A DNA stretch of 64,000 nucleotides from Lingula anatina (taxonomy: Eukaryota > Animalia > Brachiopoda), in assembly GCA_051362555.1 (NCBI GenBank), contig CM120644.1, forward strand, positions 2,612,954-2,676,953, written 5' to 3'. The stretch's first letter is position 1, and each line of letters starts with the position of its first letter. Below, in pieces: positions 25,625 to 36,844 of this stretch. Both the position numbers and the translations under genes were made by a program. The notes beneath the pieces are model-generated. The model made no database searches and was not told the DNA's origin. It was given only the letters and a program-made list of their open reading frames with translations.

Positions 25625-25833
25625 TACACATCGTTACGTCATAATTACGTAACAGGGGACCTCCAACCAAATACTACTTACTTTGTCCCTATATGTGGAT
25701 ACGCACTGTTACGTCATAATTACATCAGGAGACCTCCAACCAAATGATTACGTGTTGTAACGTCATACTTACGTGACAGGGCCTCCAGGGGACCACCAGG
25801 CAAATGGTAACCCAACGGTTGACATATACTACT
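24960..25833. mobile_element. Maverick right terminal region ending ...TATACTACT, inserted into PolB copy B
   Basis: Homologous to 18170-18660, 21930-22175 and 34640-35204, with many GTTACGTCATAATTAC repeats. TATACTACT ends exactly where PolB copy B resumes (AGTTACAACAAC, cf. 8488). Mavericks start with AGT repeats. Confidence 0.7.
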
Positions 25834-27620
25834 AGTTACAACAACATTTCTCGTCCCTTTGCTGTGCACCATGTTCAACATGGTTTCATAGTTGACAGTT
25901 TGAGCTGATGTATAGTTCAAACTGATGTCTTTTACCTCACAAACAGTCTTTCCATTTTTAGTAACATAAGCATAATGTTTTTGCCTCCAGCACGAGAACT
26001 GGATTATGTAATCGTTCTGGTTTAGTTCATCAGTAAAGTTGCTCAAATACGATCCTATGATGGAGTATAATTACCTTTCTGTTTCGGGTTTTCCATCAAC
26101 AAGAAATATGATTGAATCTGTATCAAAGTATAGCACTTTTTCATTTACAAATTCCAAAGCCTCATACATACCAGCCGTGCATGGGCAGTTGAGTGTGCTG
26201 CCATGATCACATTAGTATTGTAGGTTCTAATGTATCCCTTCTTTTTGAGCATATTGGTGGAAGTAACTTTTTTTTTTTTTTGTTTGTTTGTTTTTTCCTC
26301 AGGTGTCTCACAATCTGCAGGGTATCTGCTGGCCACTTGTTTTAGTTTGAGAAAAGTGTCCATGTACTCAGCAAAAAGAGCACCCTCTTGGCTTTTGGGA
26401 TTGCCATACTCTGTGGAAACATACTATGGTGTGCCCTATTAAGACCACCTTTATTTTTAATTCAACAGAAACCCCTGTGCTTGTTAAGCTACATTCTGTA
26501 CTAGTATGGCAACCTGTTCTTTGTTAACAGTTGGTAGCACACGCTCTACACAGAGTGAGCCCCCCATAATAAGCTTCTTGGGGTCAATTCTGTCTTGTAC
26601 CTCTAAATATTTTCTTGCTTTTGCTGAGGTTTTGTGTTTCTTTACATACCCACATTGTGGAATTATAACAGTTGTAGCCGACTTTAGAAAAAGGGCTCAA
26701 AATACCAAATTACAGGCACTGGCTATCGTGATAGCTGAATGAAATTCTCAATTTTTTGTCCTTTTTGTTCCTTAATATCTAAAAAAATTGTCTGAATTTG
26801 AGTTCTTGATCTCCATATCTTTCACAGATGCTTTCGGAGGTTACCTCGTAATCTAAACAGTAAAGACATACCCTTTGAGCCACAACTAAATTAGCTTCAT
26901 GCAAACCATTGTTAGTCTGCATAGCTTCAAAGTCAAAGAAAATATGTGGCTGTCTTGTACTTTAATTAAGATTTTTCTTTTTTTCTTCTTTTATGTGTAG
27001 AGGTTGATGGTTGTTGATGGCTCTTCTTCAGATATAGAAGACGTGTGCTCGGACTCGTCATTTTCACAAATGTTTTGGAAAAATTTTCTGTTTCTTTAAG
27101 GGTTGCATGTAGCACAGATGACCTTTTTGCACCTGTATTTTGCAAATCTGACATTTGTATGAAAAACAAATGTGTATCTTTTTGTTTTGTCTGTTGACAA
27201 ATTTGTGGCATGCTTCACAAGTAAAAAATAACTTGTTTGTTGAGATGCCCTTTTCCTTTGTTGCGAGGTGATTGTGATAACACGAAGCAGAGACAAAAAA
27301 TCTGTTGCATGATCTGCATGGTGTCCAATTTTTGAATTCAACAGATTTCCAGCTGAGTTTGTTGAATGCATCGTCATAAAAAAGCATTACTGGCAGATGT
27401 ATAGGTCAACACCATTCGAAAATTGTTGAACCCATTAGTGTTCCCATTTACCCCATATCTATCATGGAAGTTCACATCTTGTCGCCTACTCCCAGTAATT
27501 ACCTCTTCAATTCGAGGAATCTCTTTTTGAACTTTCCCCATTCATCCACTGAGTCACATGTGTATCTTGCTTTTAGAAGTGGAATCACTTAAGACCACCA
27601 AATTGCTGCATTGTAGGTTT
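25834..27620 (-). pseudogene. Maverick PolB remnant, lineage 1, copy B
   Basis: Near-identical duplicate of 8488-10330 with the same internal deletions. Contains TNVIMAAHSTAHARL, LYFDTDS and HIFFDFEAMQ. Confidence 0.85.
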
Positions 27621-27865
27621 GTAGCTTTATAAATTTTTTTATTTTTTCAGATTTCACAGTATTCAGCAGTGAGTGAAGCTCTTTCAAGTAACGCGACCTT
27701 AAATACTCTCTTCTTAGTATGCCAAACACCAGTCACTACCCTAAAACTGTACACTAAGACAATGCGATCAACAGATTGATCTGAAGCATAATGCATGACC
27801 ATGCAATTGAATCAAAAGATTTGCAATGAAAAACAGACTGATAAGTATCTTTTCTACATGTGACA

Positions 27866-28195
27866 TTACAATTCAGTCACTGCATCGTATGTTGATTGGA
27901 GTTTCGATTCTACAGCTTGAGGGGTCGATGCCTTGTCTTCCGTGATCTCTCCGAGAAACCTCTCTTTATATTCTCCAACACGTAAGATGACGGCCACGAT
28001 GTACAGGTCGTATTCCTCTTTCATTTGGGCCTGGTAGTGGTCGTACGCTTTTAGGATGTTGCCTGCTGTGACGAGTTCCAACGCTTGGTCGAACAAGCTA
28101 AAGGCAGACACTGCGAAGACAGGCTTCATGCAAGCATGTTGCTTTTGGCTGCCATGACCTATGGTGCAGCCTTCGCACTGCTTAATGGTCAGCAC
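27866..28195 (-). pseudogene. Maverick accessory ORF with CEGCxxxHGSQxxHxC motif, copy B
   Basis: QCEGCTIGHGSQKQHACM.... Duplicate of 10559-10890. Confidence 0.55.
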
Positions 28196-28792
28196 TCGAA
28201 TTTAGGATTATAGTGCCTTAACACTCTACACGACGGTCATTGTTGTTTTCTTTTATTAAAACACTCCACCATTCACACATACACTATACATACACTACAC
28301 TATAACCTTTGCTACTACATCAACTGCCCGTTGTTTGTCGCATTCCACTCTACAATGGTCATGGGCTATTTAAATCCCTCAGGTTTAGTGCAGATCCACC
28401 AGGGTCGAGTACCGTGGCTATAAAACAGTTTGATGTATAATTTTTAGACTTGCTATGGTTTCCTCATAGTTTGCACCAAAGTTTGCACTCAAGTGCCCCT
28501 TTACTATTGACACGTATTTTGTCACAATGAATCATCATTGGGTATAAAATTTCTTGTGTAATAATAAGATATATAATCATGACTAGCTACCATATATTGC
28601 ACTTTAATAGTTTTGCAAATTAAGTATTATTTGACTATATGAAATATGTACTGGACTAATCTCGTAAGTAATTTAGTTCTGCAGTTTGAACTGTGCCATA
28701 ACTCTTATGCCATGTAGTGTCTTCGGCATTGGTAGCAACAGGGTAATTTTAACCATTCCTTTTGGTCAACAACAGAAAATGCACCTGCTTTA

Positions 28793-31700
28793 TTGACCCC
28801 TTTGCAGCTAAATTTCGGGCCGGTATTTTCTCCGAAACAGTAATAGGTCTTACTGCAGAGACCGACGACACCGTCACCGACCCACTCTGCTTTGAACAAC
28901 CCGGGCGTGCGTTTGTCAAATGCCTCGTGTTCAGGTGTATCAGTTCGTGGAAACCACATATGTTTCTCGGCTTCGTATTGTGCTCTCATGTGAGGTTTTA
29001 TTACGTCTTCTAAGCTTTCTGCCGAGAAGGCGATGTACGCAGAATCCGTGTCCATTTCACAATACTGGAAATCGGACGGATCCACGAATTTTAGCATGAA
29101 GTCCTAATAAAACTCCAGCATGCGCAGCTTGGCGTACTGATACACCATCACACCTATGTGTAGAGGAAGGTCCAATTTGATGATTTTTTTGTTTAGCTCG
29201 ACCTCGTACGTGTTTTCGCAAATTTTATCTAAACGCCGAAAACGGTGACTGTTAACTTTTTGGGAGGCTTTTGTCTCGCCGCAATACTCGGTGTCGCGAT
29301 GCCTTTCTTTGTTGGTCACCGTTTTACCGTAGCCCGAGTTACCGATCAGCTTCATGGTGTCGGCAACGATGGCCTTGGTCTTGTCCCTGTCTCCCTCCCT
29401 GCGAGCGTCACTCACGGCGTTTCCGAAATGCTCGAAACAGGCTTTTGGAGTGTACTTGACTACCTGGTGGATGCGCGTTACCCGGAGACCGTGACTTAGG
29501 TACCATTTTAAAAGAGGGGTCGCCAAAACGACTTTTTCACCGAAAAAACTACCAATCAGCGAACGCCTTGGGACACTCATGATGTTATTTTCCTCGGCAA
29601 ACTTTTTCATGTAAGGTCCGATGTCGCCGCGGGAAATGGTTGTGTTTTTGAAAATGGGTGGCATTTCGGAGAATTTTGGTCTAAGATCGGGCGGGACTTC
29701 TACGTCGCACTCAACGAACCCAAACAGCTTATCATTGCGAATTGCGTCTAGGATCTCGCCGAACGTGAGCCGATACTTGTGCTCGGTGGGGAGCGTGTAC
29801 TGCTTCACGAAATGCTTTACTTCATTGCTTTCGCGTTGAAGTTTTTTCCACTCGCACTCCCACATTTCGACGAGGTCGTAGCCCCATTCCCGTATGTACT
29901 CGCTATTAATTTCTGTTTCGATGCGTAAAGATTCCATAGTGACCTTTTTCGTGTCGTTTATTTCTTTGTAGGTGCCATCTTTGTTTCGGTTTAAATGACA
30001 CCGATGACCGTGAAAATAACACCCGTGGTACTGAAACACTGTCTGCGTATCTTGACAAAACCCATCCACCGGCAGCCAACGGCACCCGACGCGCTTTTCC
30101 GTACCGTTGAACTGATGCCGAATGTGTATATTGTTCGAATGAGCGACCCAGTCCAACCACATCGTGGCCACGCGACCTCGCGGGTGAGAATATTCGCGCG
30201 TATACTCGGACACTTCGCGTCTGCGGATAAATGTACCCGTGGGCATGGGCTGCATCAAGCACCACAGATACAGGGCATTAGCATCATACCCGACGATCTT
30301 TTTGCACGGCTTGGGGTCTTTGGAAGTAGCCTCTCGAAGAAAGGTCTTATTCCTCTCGTGGTACCGATGAAAGATGATGCTGGGCCCGCCCACGATTGCA
30401 TTTTTCAAAAGGTAATACAGATCGCTGTTTTTGTCGTCAAAAAGGGTAAAAAATGCGTCCCCTACGTTTTGAAAGAGGTATTTCAACGTTAAACCCGGCA
30501 CGCTGATGCCGTCCTTAAACATGTCGATACCCCTTACTTCGTAGAAGGCGAACATCTTTGCCACCGCCTCCAACATCGGTTCAACGTCTTTGTTGTTGTA
30601 CCAGATGAGGAAATCGCGCATCGTCTGCATACCGTTTTCAACCCACGCGAGTTGGCACCGCGCGTAATCTTCCTCGCTTATATTACTTTGCTTTAACTTC
30701 GAGTAAAATGCTTCGCGGGGAGGGAGATTAGAGCATTCGAGTTTGTCCAAAGAGTCCATCCACTCGTACGGGAAGAAACCCTTGGACTCGGTACACTCGA
30801 ACGCCTTCAGGAACTGACTATAACTGCATCCGGGAGCCAAATAATTACAAATGTCTAAAATTTTTAGGCGTTCCGATTTTAACACCATGAAATTGTTGTT
30901 GCGTTTTACAACAAATTTCAATGTGCCCACCAACAACGGAAAAAGCAGCTTTTTCATGGCGTTAAGATCGTAATGCCCACTATTGAAACCTAACACAGGC
31001 AATTCCATTAAATATTGACTAAATCTACTGCTAAGTTCTGATAAGTAATGTTTTTTTGTTAAGGTTTCTTCATCTTCTTCCACGACTTCACCTTCCTGTA
31101 TCATTTTTTGAATGTTTTGTTCAATTTTTTCGTTCAGTTTTTCAAAAATCCAGGCAAACTTGTTGGTTAGAAGTTTTTCAGCCGCACAGCTTATATTCTG
31201 CAATATTTCTAGGAACTGCTGCACGGCTAGCACTGATACGATGCATTCCGGCTTCGTGTGACCCGGCACGTTGCTGCACACGCTGACGCTAAGGAAACGG
31301 TGTTCGTGTTCTAAACTCAGCTTTTCGCTGTGCTGCGGCTCCTCCGTACGAGGTAGCAGACACTCGATATCGAACGTCGCCCGGTATCGATAGTACCTGT
31401 CCTCCTTGGGGACGTAAATGCCCTCGTCTTCGAGGAGGTCGAACACGGTAGGCTGGGGAGTGTACACCTTGCCGGGAAATCGGTGCTCGACAAGGACGTC
31501 GCAGGTCCGTTCGTGGCGCTGAAGAGACCATTTGGTTTTGAACATTTTGCTGCACCTCGAACAACAAAACGAATGGCAGTATTTGTCCACATCACCGATG
31601 TGCGAAAAATGATTTTCGTACACGTTGAGCGACATGGTGTCGCTGTACTTGTCCGTCGAGCGACGGACGAGTTCCGCAAACACGTCCCCATCTTCGTTTT

Positions 31701-32734
31701 GCTGCAGTTCGTACACGACGATGTTAACCTCAAAGACGGCTTCCACCTTGTGCAGTCGATGGAGCGCCACGCCTTTGAAATTTTTGGGTTTTTCGTCCGC
31801 TAGCGATGTACTCTTCGAACAGCTTTTTGGTCGCTTTTTCGAGACCCGCAACGGACGAACCCCTGTGCAAGGCGATGCACCGAAAGAGGCATAGATTGTC
31901 GCGGTACCTTTTTCCTGTATGCTTGTTTTTTTGCAGAGCGACGAGACCTTTGTTGTTTATTACGAAGGAAGGCAGGTCGACTCCGCAACCGATGGGGTGG
32001 CCCTTCAGCTTCGTCACGTAAAAAGTGGCGTTGGTGACCGTGTCTACCACCCATTTCGAATTAGGACGCTCCTGTCGAGCACATTCTAAGATATCTCTGG
32101 CGGTAATGTTGTGGAAAAAACCGTCGAGATCCTGGCGGTGGCGGATCACAGCGGGTGCTTCTAAGAAGCAATGGTTGTTGCTGCTGGGGTCGTAGTACCT
32201 CAACTGCCCGGTCTCGTTATTTCTTAAGAAAAAACCGTACGACACGTTGATCTTGAACGCCGTGCGTTGATCTTCAAAGATCCACTCCACTTCGTCTCAA
32301 AGGGCGTCGGGTTGAAGGGTGGTCAATCTAATATTGTACCAGTCTTGGAGTTTGTTACCCCTTGAGGATCTGGTCCGTATGCTGTTCCAGTGACTGTCGT
32401 ACGCCTCGGCGACTGACCGGTCGATGTCCGGGGGCAGAAGATCGTCGGGCATGGTGAGGTGGTCGGAAGAAAAGGTCGATCCCGAACCCCTTTGGACCCT
32501 CGGGACTTTGACAGGTGGTTGATTAGAAGACTCTGCTTCCACGTCTTTGTTCGAACTCGCCGAGGATCCTGTGTGGATGCGTAGATGCCAAATCATATTG
32601 TCTCGACGAGCAAAGGTCTTTCCGCATTCGGGGCATGCTACCTCTTTTTCCTTACTGTGCGTGAGCCGGTGTCGTTTCAGGTGACTAGCCCAATTGAAAG
32701 ATGCGCCACAAATTTCACATTTGTAGCGAACCAT
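28793..32734 (-). pseudogene. Near-complete Maverick/adintovirus-type protein-primed DNA polymerase B polyprotein (ZnF-vOTU-exonuclease-polymerase with VSR-like nuclease insert), ~1310 codons
   Basis: Four ORF-track pieces join into one frame via an in-frame TGA (32297-32299), a frameshift near 31800 and an in-frame TAG (29104-29106). Motifs: two C2H2 fingers, DNLCLFRC/YENHF, CSRC..HERTC, FDIEC, FNSGHYD, YNNKDV, GYDANALY, LPVDGFC..FQYHGCYFHGHRC, KLIGNSGYGK, EMDTDS and KFSCKGVNK, after which it is truncated. Kozak GACCATGG, with an upstream splice acceptor. Confidence 0.93.
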
Positions 32735-32944
32735 GGTCGCCGATGATCTGAAACGAAAATTAAACGTAGACCGTTATGAGGACAGAAAAACGACACAGTG
32801 GTGTTTTGCATATGATTGGTTGACATAAGACGACACTTCAAGTTTGACTGGTTGTTTTCTGGAACAGATATTACCACCGTTTTTGATTGGCTAACGAAAA
32901 GAGTATAAAAACAAACGTTACAAGTTTATTAGGCATTCGAAGCA
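32735..32944. promoter_or_regulatory. Compact divergent promoter region between PolB and BIR genes
   Basis: 210 bp between head-to-head ATGs. ATTGG (CCAAT) boxes at ~32814 and ~32886, and TATAAAA at ~32904, about 40 bp before the BIR ATG. Confidence 0.55.
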
Positions 32945-33424
32945 ATGGATGACAACGAGGTATTCACCGATTGCGCTCCCGAAGACCAGCCCTTGCATTT
33001 TCGAATACCCTATTGTAAAGAAGAAGATAGGATTCTCAGTCTTCTAAACTGGCCCGGCAAACTTCTTATCAATCCCATACCTCTAGCTATCAGCGGGTTT
33101 TACAGGGACCAAGAGGCGTCAAATACAGACGACGCGGTCCTTTGCTTTAACTGTCGGGTCAGTCTTAGAAACTGGGACCCGTTGAGAGATGCGGCGGATG
33201 TGGAACACGAGCGCCACAGTCCGCAATGTACCATGAATAGCGTTGCAAAGAGACTCAAGAACCCGCTAAATGTACCACTGACACCTGAAAAGCGACACGA
33301 ATTAGTGCAGCTGTTTGTCCCATTTGAAAAAAACTACACACCCAGTACAGTGAAAACACTGTTGAACATAGGTTTTGATGAGGTGGACCAGGCTCCATGG
33401 CCTAAGCCTTATACTCTTTTCTGA
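32945..33424 (+). CDS. Single-BIR-domain (IAP-like) viral accessory protein, 159 aa, intact
   Basis: EEDRILSLLNWP..LAISGFY..DAVLCFNC(x17)H(x6)C..NVPL matches the BIR consensus R..F..WP, LA.AGFY, D.V.CF.C...W...H....P.C. There is no RING. Confidence 0.88.
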   Translation: MDDNEVFTDCAPEDQPLHFRIPYCKEEDRILSLLNWPGKLLINPIPLAISGFYRDQEASNTDDAVLCFNCRVSLRNWDPLRDAADVEHERHSPQCTMNSVAKRLKNPLNVPLTPEKRHELVQLFVPFEKNYTPSTVKTLLNIGFDEVDQAPWPKPYTLF

Positions 33425-33514
33425 TTGGTTAAATAAGTTACTCTGGATTTAAAAAAAAAAGACGTTATTTAATAAGAGTGTCTATTTAACATCTTACATT
33501 CTTAGAGAACTGTT

Positions 33515-33718
33515 ATGGCAAGTCCATCCGTTAAAATCCAGTGCGACGATATTAAGTGTGTAGTTGCGTGTTGTCAGGGACAGACAGATGTAGTCAACGA
33601 CCAAAGAGATGAAACGGAATGCGACAAAGAAACCGAGCAACGACCTTGCACATGTACAAGAATACGGCATTACATCAAAACCTTACTTTGTAGTGTGAAA
33701 CAAAACGCAGACAACTAA
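33515..33718 (+). CDS. Small Cys-rich ORF (67 aa) directly upstream of the integrase
   Basis: Intact ATG-TAA with QCDDIKCVVACC and PCTC. Its stop lies 10 bp before the integrase ATG, in compact viral spacing. Confidence 0.5.
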   Translation: MASPSVKIQCDDIKCVVACCQGQTDVVNDQRDETECDKETEQRPCTCTRIRHYIKTLLCSVKQNADN

Positions 33719-33728
33719 GAAGGTCATC

Positions 33729-33821
33729 ATGCGAAAAAGTGAACCACCAAACAGTAGGATAGATGGTTACTTAAAAAAAATATATTACGATCCTTCCAAT
33801 CCAGCTAGTTTTGGATGGTGA
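33729..33821 (+). pseudogene. Maverick integrase first 30 codons, lineage 2
   Basis: MRKSEPPNSRIDGYLKKIYYDPSNPASFG is the characteristic Polinton integrase start, followed by an abrupt deletion. Confidence 0.8.
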
Positions 33822-33894
33822 TAAATGACTTTTGCAAACCACAACACGACACTTTATAATAGTTTTTGCGATTGATCTCAATACTACCACTCAC

Positions 33895-34055
33895 CTTTGT
33901 TTTTTTGTGCTTTCTTCAAAATTTTCTAAATGCTCGGCCAGCTCATCATCGCTTATGGTTTGGTGCTGAAAGCCTTGCTCTATTTCAAACTGTTCCACAT
34001 GAGCAACCAATTCACAGTCAGTTATATTGCTCTGCCATAGTTCAAAGTCAGCCAT
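33895..34055 (-). CDS. First exon of an acidic viral accessory protein
   Basis: TATAAAAA at ~34105 (minus), then MADFELWQSNITDCELVAHVEQFEIEQGFQHQTISDDELAEHLENFEESTKKQ|GTGAGT, containing a duplicated I[ST]D.EL..H[VL]E.FE motif. Confidence 0.45.
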
Positions 34056-34137
34056 GTCTCTCCGGTTGGATGTGTATGTGGTGTTTGTGAGAGATGGTTT
34101 TTTTATAGACAGCACTCACTCAGCTGCTGCACAAAGT

Positions 34138-34440
34138 ATGTTTACTTTTCTTTTCACAACGTAAACCCAAAATTGGACAAGTAAATAACGGTCTCTCCAG
34201 GGTGACAATTTCTTGCTCAGTTATGTTTACTTTTCTTTTCACAACGTAAACTCGAAACCGGACAAGTAGATAAAGTTCTCTCTAGGGGGTAATTTCTCAC
34301 TCAACTATGTTTATTTTTCTTTCACAACCTATACTCGAAATTGGACAAGTAAATAAAGTTCTCTCCAGGGGATATTTTCTTGCTGAGCTTTGTTTTCTTT
34401 TCTTTTCAAAACGTAGACTCGAAATCGGACAAGTAAACAA
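34138..34440. repeat. ~85-bp tandem repeat, about 3.6 copies
   Basis: ATGTTTACTTTTCTTTTCACAACGTAAAC..GGACAAGTA..CTCTCCAGGG units start at ~34138, 34223, 34307 and 34391. Confidence 0.85.
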
Positions 34441-34451
34441 TCACTTACTGG

Positions 34452-34604
34452 TTAATCCAAAATAATTGGATTGTGCTCCGATCCTAACGGAGCTTCTACT
34501 AGCATCAATATTAAAAGCAACGTCTGGAACGTTGCCTCCTCCATGTAAATACGGTGGGAGAAATTTCTCCCGTCTGCCGTATAAATGTATATGGTAAAAA
34601 TCAT
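34452..34604 (-). CDS. 50-aa Maverick terminal microprotein ending GSEHNPIILD
   Basis: MIFTIYIYTADGRNFSHRIYMEEATFQTLLLILMLVEAPLGSEHNPIILD* followed by GTAAGT. This is a different frame from the ORF-track call. Confidence 0.7.
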   Translation of the reverse strand: MIFTIYIYTADGRNFSHRIYMEEATFQTLLLILMLVEAPLGSEHNPIILD

Positions 34605-34639
34605 AGTAGCTTGGTGGGTAAATGACTGCCAAACTGTTA

Positions 34640-35204
34640 TTCAGACGCTATGTGCAGGTTATTAATATTGATATGCTGTGTACAAGTTATAATCCGGTAG
34701 GACGCGGTTCCAAGGCAACGACACACTAAAACTGTTTATGCTGCAATTTTATTACACAATTTTATTTACCTTAAATGTGTTCTTTTGTGGCAAGCTCGTT
34801 CTAGATAGCAACGGAAAGGGGTACTGAATGAACTCTGTTACATAATTCCTAGTGTGGGTCGGTTGGTGTAACACGTGCCAAGATAAGCCGCCTCCCGGAT
34901 AAAACGGTGTAACACGTGTCAAGATAAATAGGTGTCACTGCTTCAAGATAAGACGCATCCTAGATTAAAGGACATTCAATTAAGTGGTCGTGATCAAAGA
35001 TAAAAGACTGTTCTGCTTTTGTTGTTGCATTCCATTGATTTTAAAACAATTCCGTTGCATCCAAAGACCATTCTAATTAATTTAAAAACAATGGAATTAC
35101 GTGATGTTGTGCCGCCAGTTAATTTTTAAATGGTGATGTTGTTAATTTCTAAACAGCTGCAATGATGCTTGATGTTGTAACTATAAAACTCCTCTTATAC
35201 TACT
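34640..35204. mobile_element. Maverick right terminal region ending CCTCTTATACTACT
   Basis: Homologous to 24960-25500. After TATACTACT the sequence returns to the duplicate of 11715 onward. Confidence 0.65.
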
Positions 35205-35954
35205 CCCTCTTTTTAGTTAATCTCTATGAATGACTCTTCTTTTTCTGAGTCAGTCACTAGACTCGCTACGACTTCTTTTCCATTGCTATACAACGAGCAA
35301 TACCAAATTTATTCATATCTACCATTGCGGACAGCGTCTTATTGTAAGTAGAGAGTAAGGAGTATTATTCTTTTTAAAACAAACTGGTTGGTGCCAAGTC
35401 TGTTCAATTTATAGTTCTTTCTTTTAAGGAAATAATTGACCTTTAGGTAAACACAATATGGCATGTGTGTACAAGCGGGACTTCTTCATTCCAAGAAGTT
35501 GTGGAAAATCTATCATATGTCTCAGTTAAAACATTAAAATGCTCTTTAAAACAAGAGTCCTTCACGTGACACTGATAAAATTAAACAAAATACTAAAACT
35601 CACCCGCCTATATTGTACATTTATTGTACATTCAAAATTCTGCTCTTCCATTGGAAGGTGTGCAATATCTGCACCTGTCAGCTGACCCAGAGAGGCATCT
35701 TTTTTCTTGCCTAGAGCTGCGTAGATTTCTTGGAAGAGCTGTAAGAACGCTAACCAATCAGCATATGTCATCATGATGACCGTGGCAATGGAGGCGCCCT
35801 GTTCTTAACTGATCTTTATGGGACATCTTAGGCCATCTAATGACAATGTGTAACCATTGCAAAACGGGACTGCTAAAACTTGCTCTTTCAACAAGGCCTC
35901 TTCGATTCCTTCTGTGTGTCTCTTGAAATGGCCTCACATGGTCAAGTAAAACAG

Positions 35955-36140
35955 ATTTTTTTCTGACTTTAGCATTTAGTGTAAATGTATCTTGTCTTAT
36001 CAAGAACTCTTGATTTGCTCATGGGTAATTTATCTTTTTATCTTTTTGCGTTGCTCCACATTATTTTAACACACTTCCAAAACTAGCCAGATTAAAGGGG
36101 TCATACTATAATGTCCTTAGAAATTCACGTGTCTCCTTGT
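35955..36140 (-). pseudogene. Maverick integrase N-terminal remnant, lineage 1, copy B
   Basis: REFLRTL*YDPFNLASFGSVLK..EFLIRQDTFTLNAKVRKK. Duplicate of 14700-14870. Confidence 0.75.
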
Positions 36141-36844
36141 TACTGCTTTCATTATTTCATTATTGAACAAAAACGGGTGCCAAGTCTTTTCCTCCCCAAG
36201 TTAGTCTCTTGCCTGATTAACTTTTGTAAATTCTTGCTATTTGGACGAGGCGTACCCCCAACATTCTCCAGCCATGATGGAATTTAAAAAAAAGGCTATT
36301 CTATTGAGATCTATCCTATTTGATATATGAATAATTAGATATATGAATAAATGGGGTACCGATACATTTCACCCTCCATGATTTGGATTGGGTCTTCTGA
36401 GTCCCGTAAAAATTATATAACTTAAAATATTTATTGGAAATACCAAATAAAATACTAAATAAATACGTATGATAACGCTTTGCACAATTGTCTGTATGAA
36501 TCGTTAGAATATATGATGTAAAAGATACTTACGTCCACTCTAAACACTTCCACCGTCACATCCTCATTGTAAAAAATTAAAATCAGGTGCTTGCACCTGA
36601 CGCAGCGGTAGAGGAAAAATTCCATGTTTTGGATGAGAAATTTGTCAGATTTCTCAGTATTTATACAGCAAAAGACAATGACAGTCGTGTATTACGTCGG
36701 AGAATCTTTACAAGAAACGCCGTTGTATAATCGTCTTGAAAGAAAACGTCCGAACATTCTGGAAAATCACTTGATCTTATCTAGGCAGTGCGTGATATTT
36801 TTTTCTAAATCGCATATAGTGTTTTCTAAATAACAGCAGCTAGG

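Noticed and set aside
29245-32021. Plus-strand and alternative-frame ORFs overlapping PolB
   Set aside because: These are shadow ORFs of a GC-richer coding region with no recognisable motifs.
29104-32299. Programmed read-through, selenocysteine or ribosomal frameshifting in PolB
   Set aside because: There are two different stop types, a frameshift without an evident slippery heptamer, and a 3' truncation. Simple mutational decay explains them.
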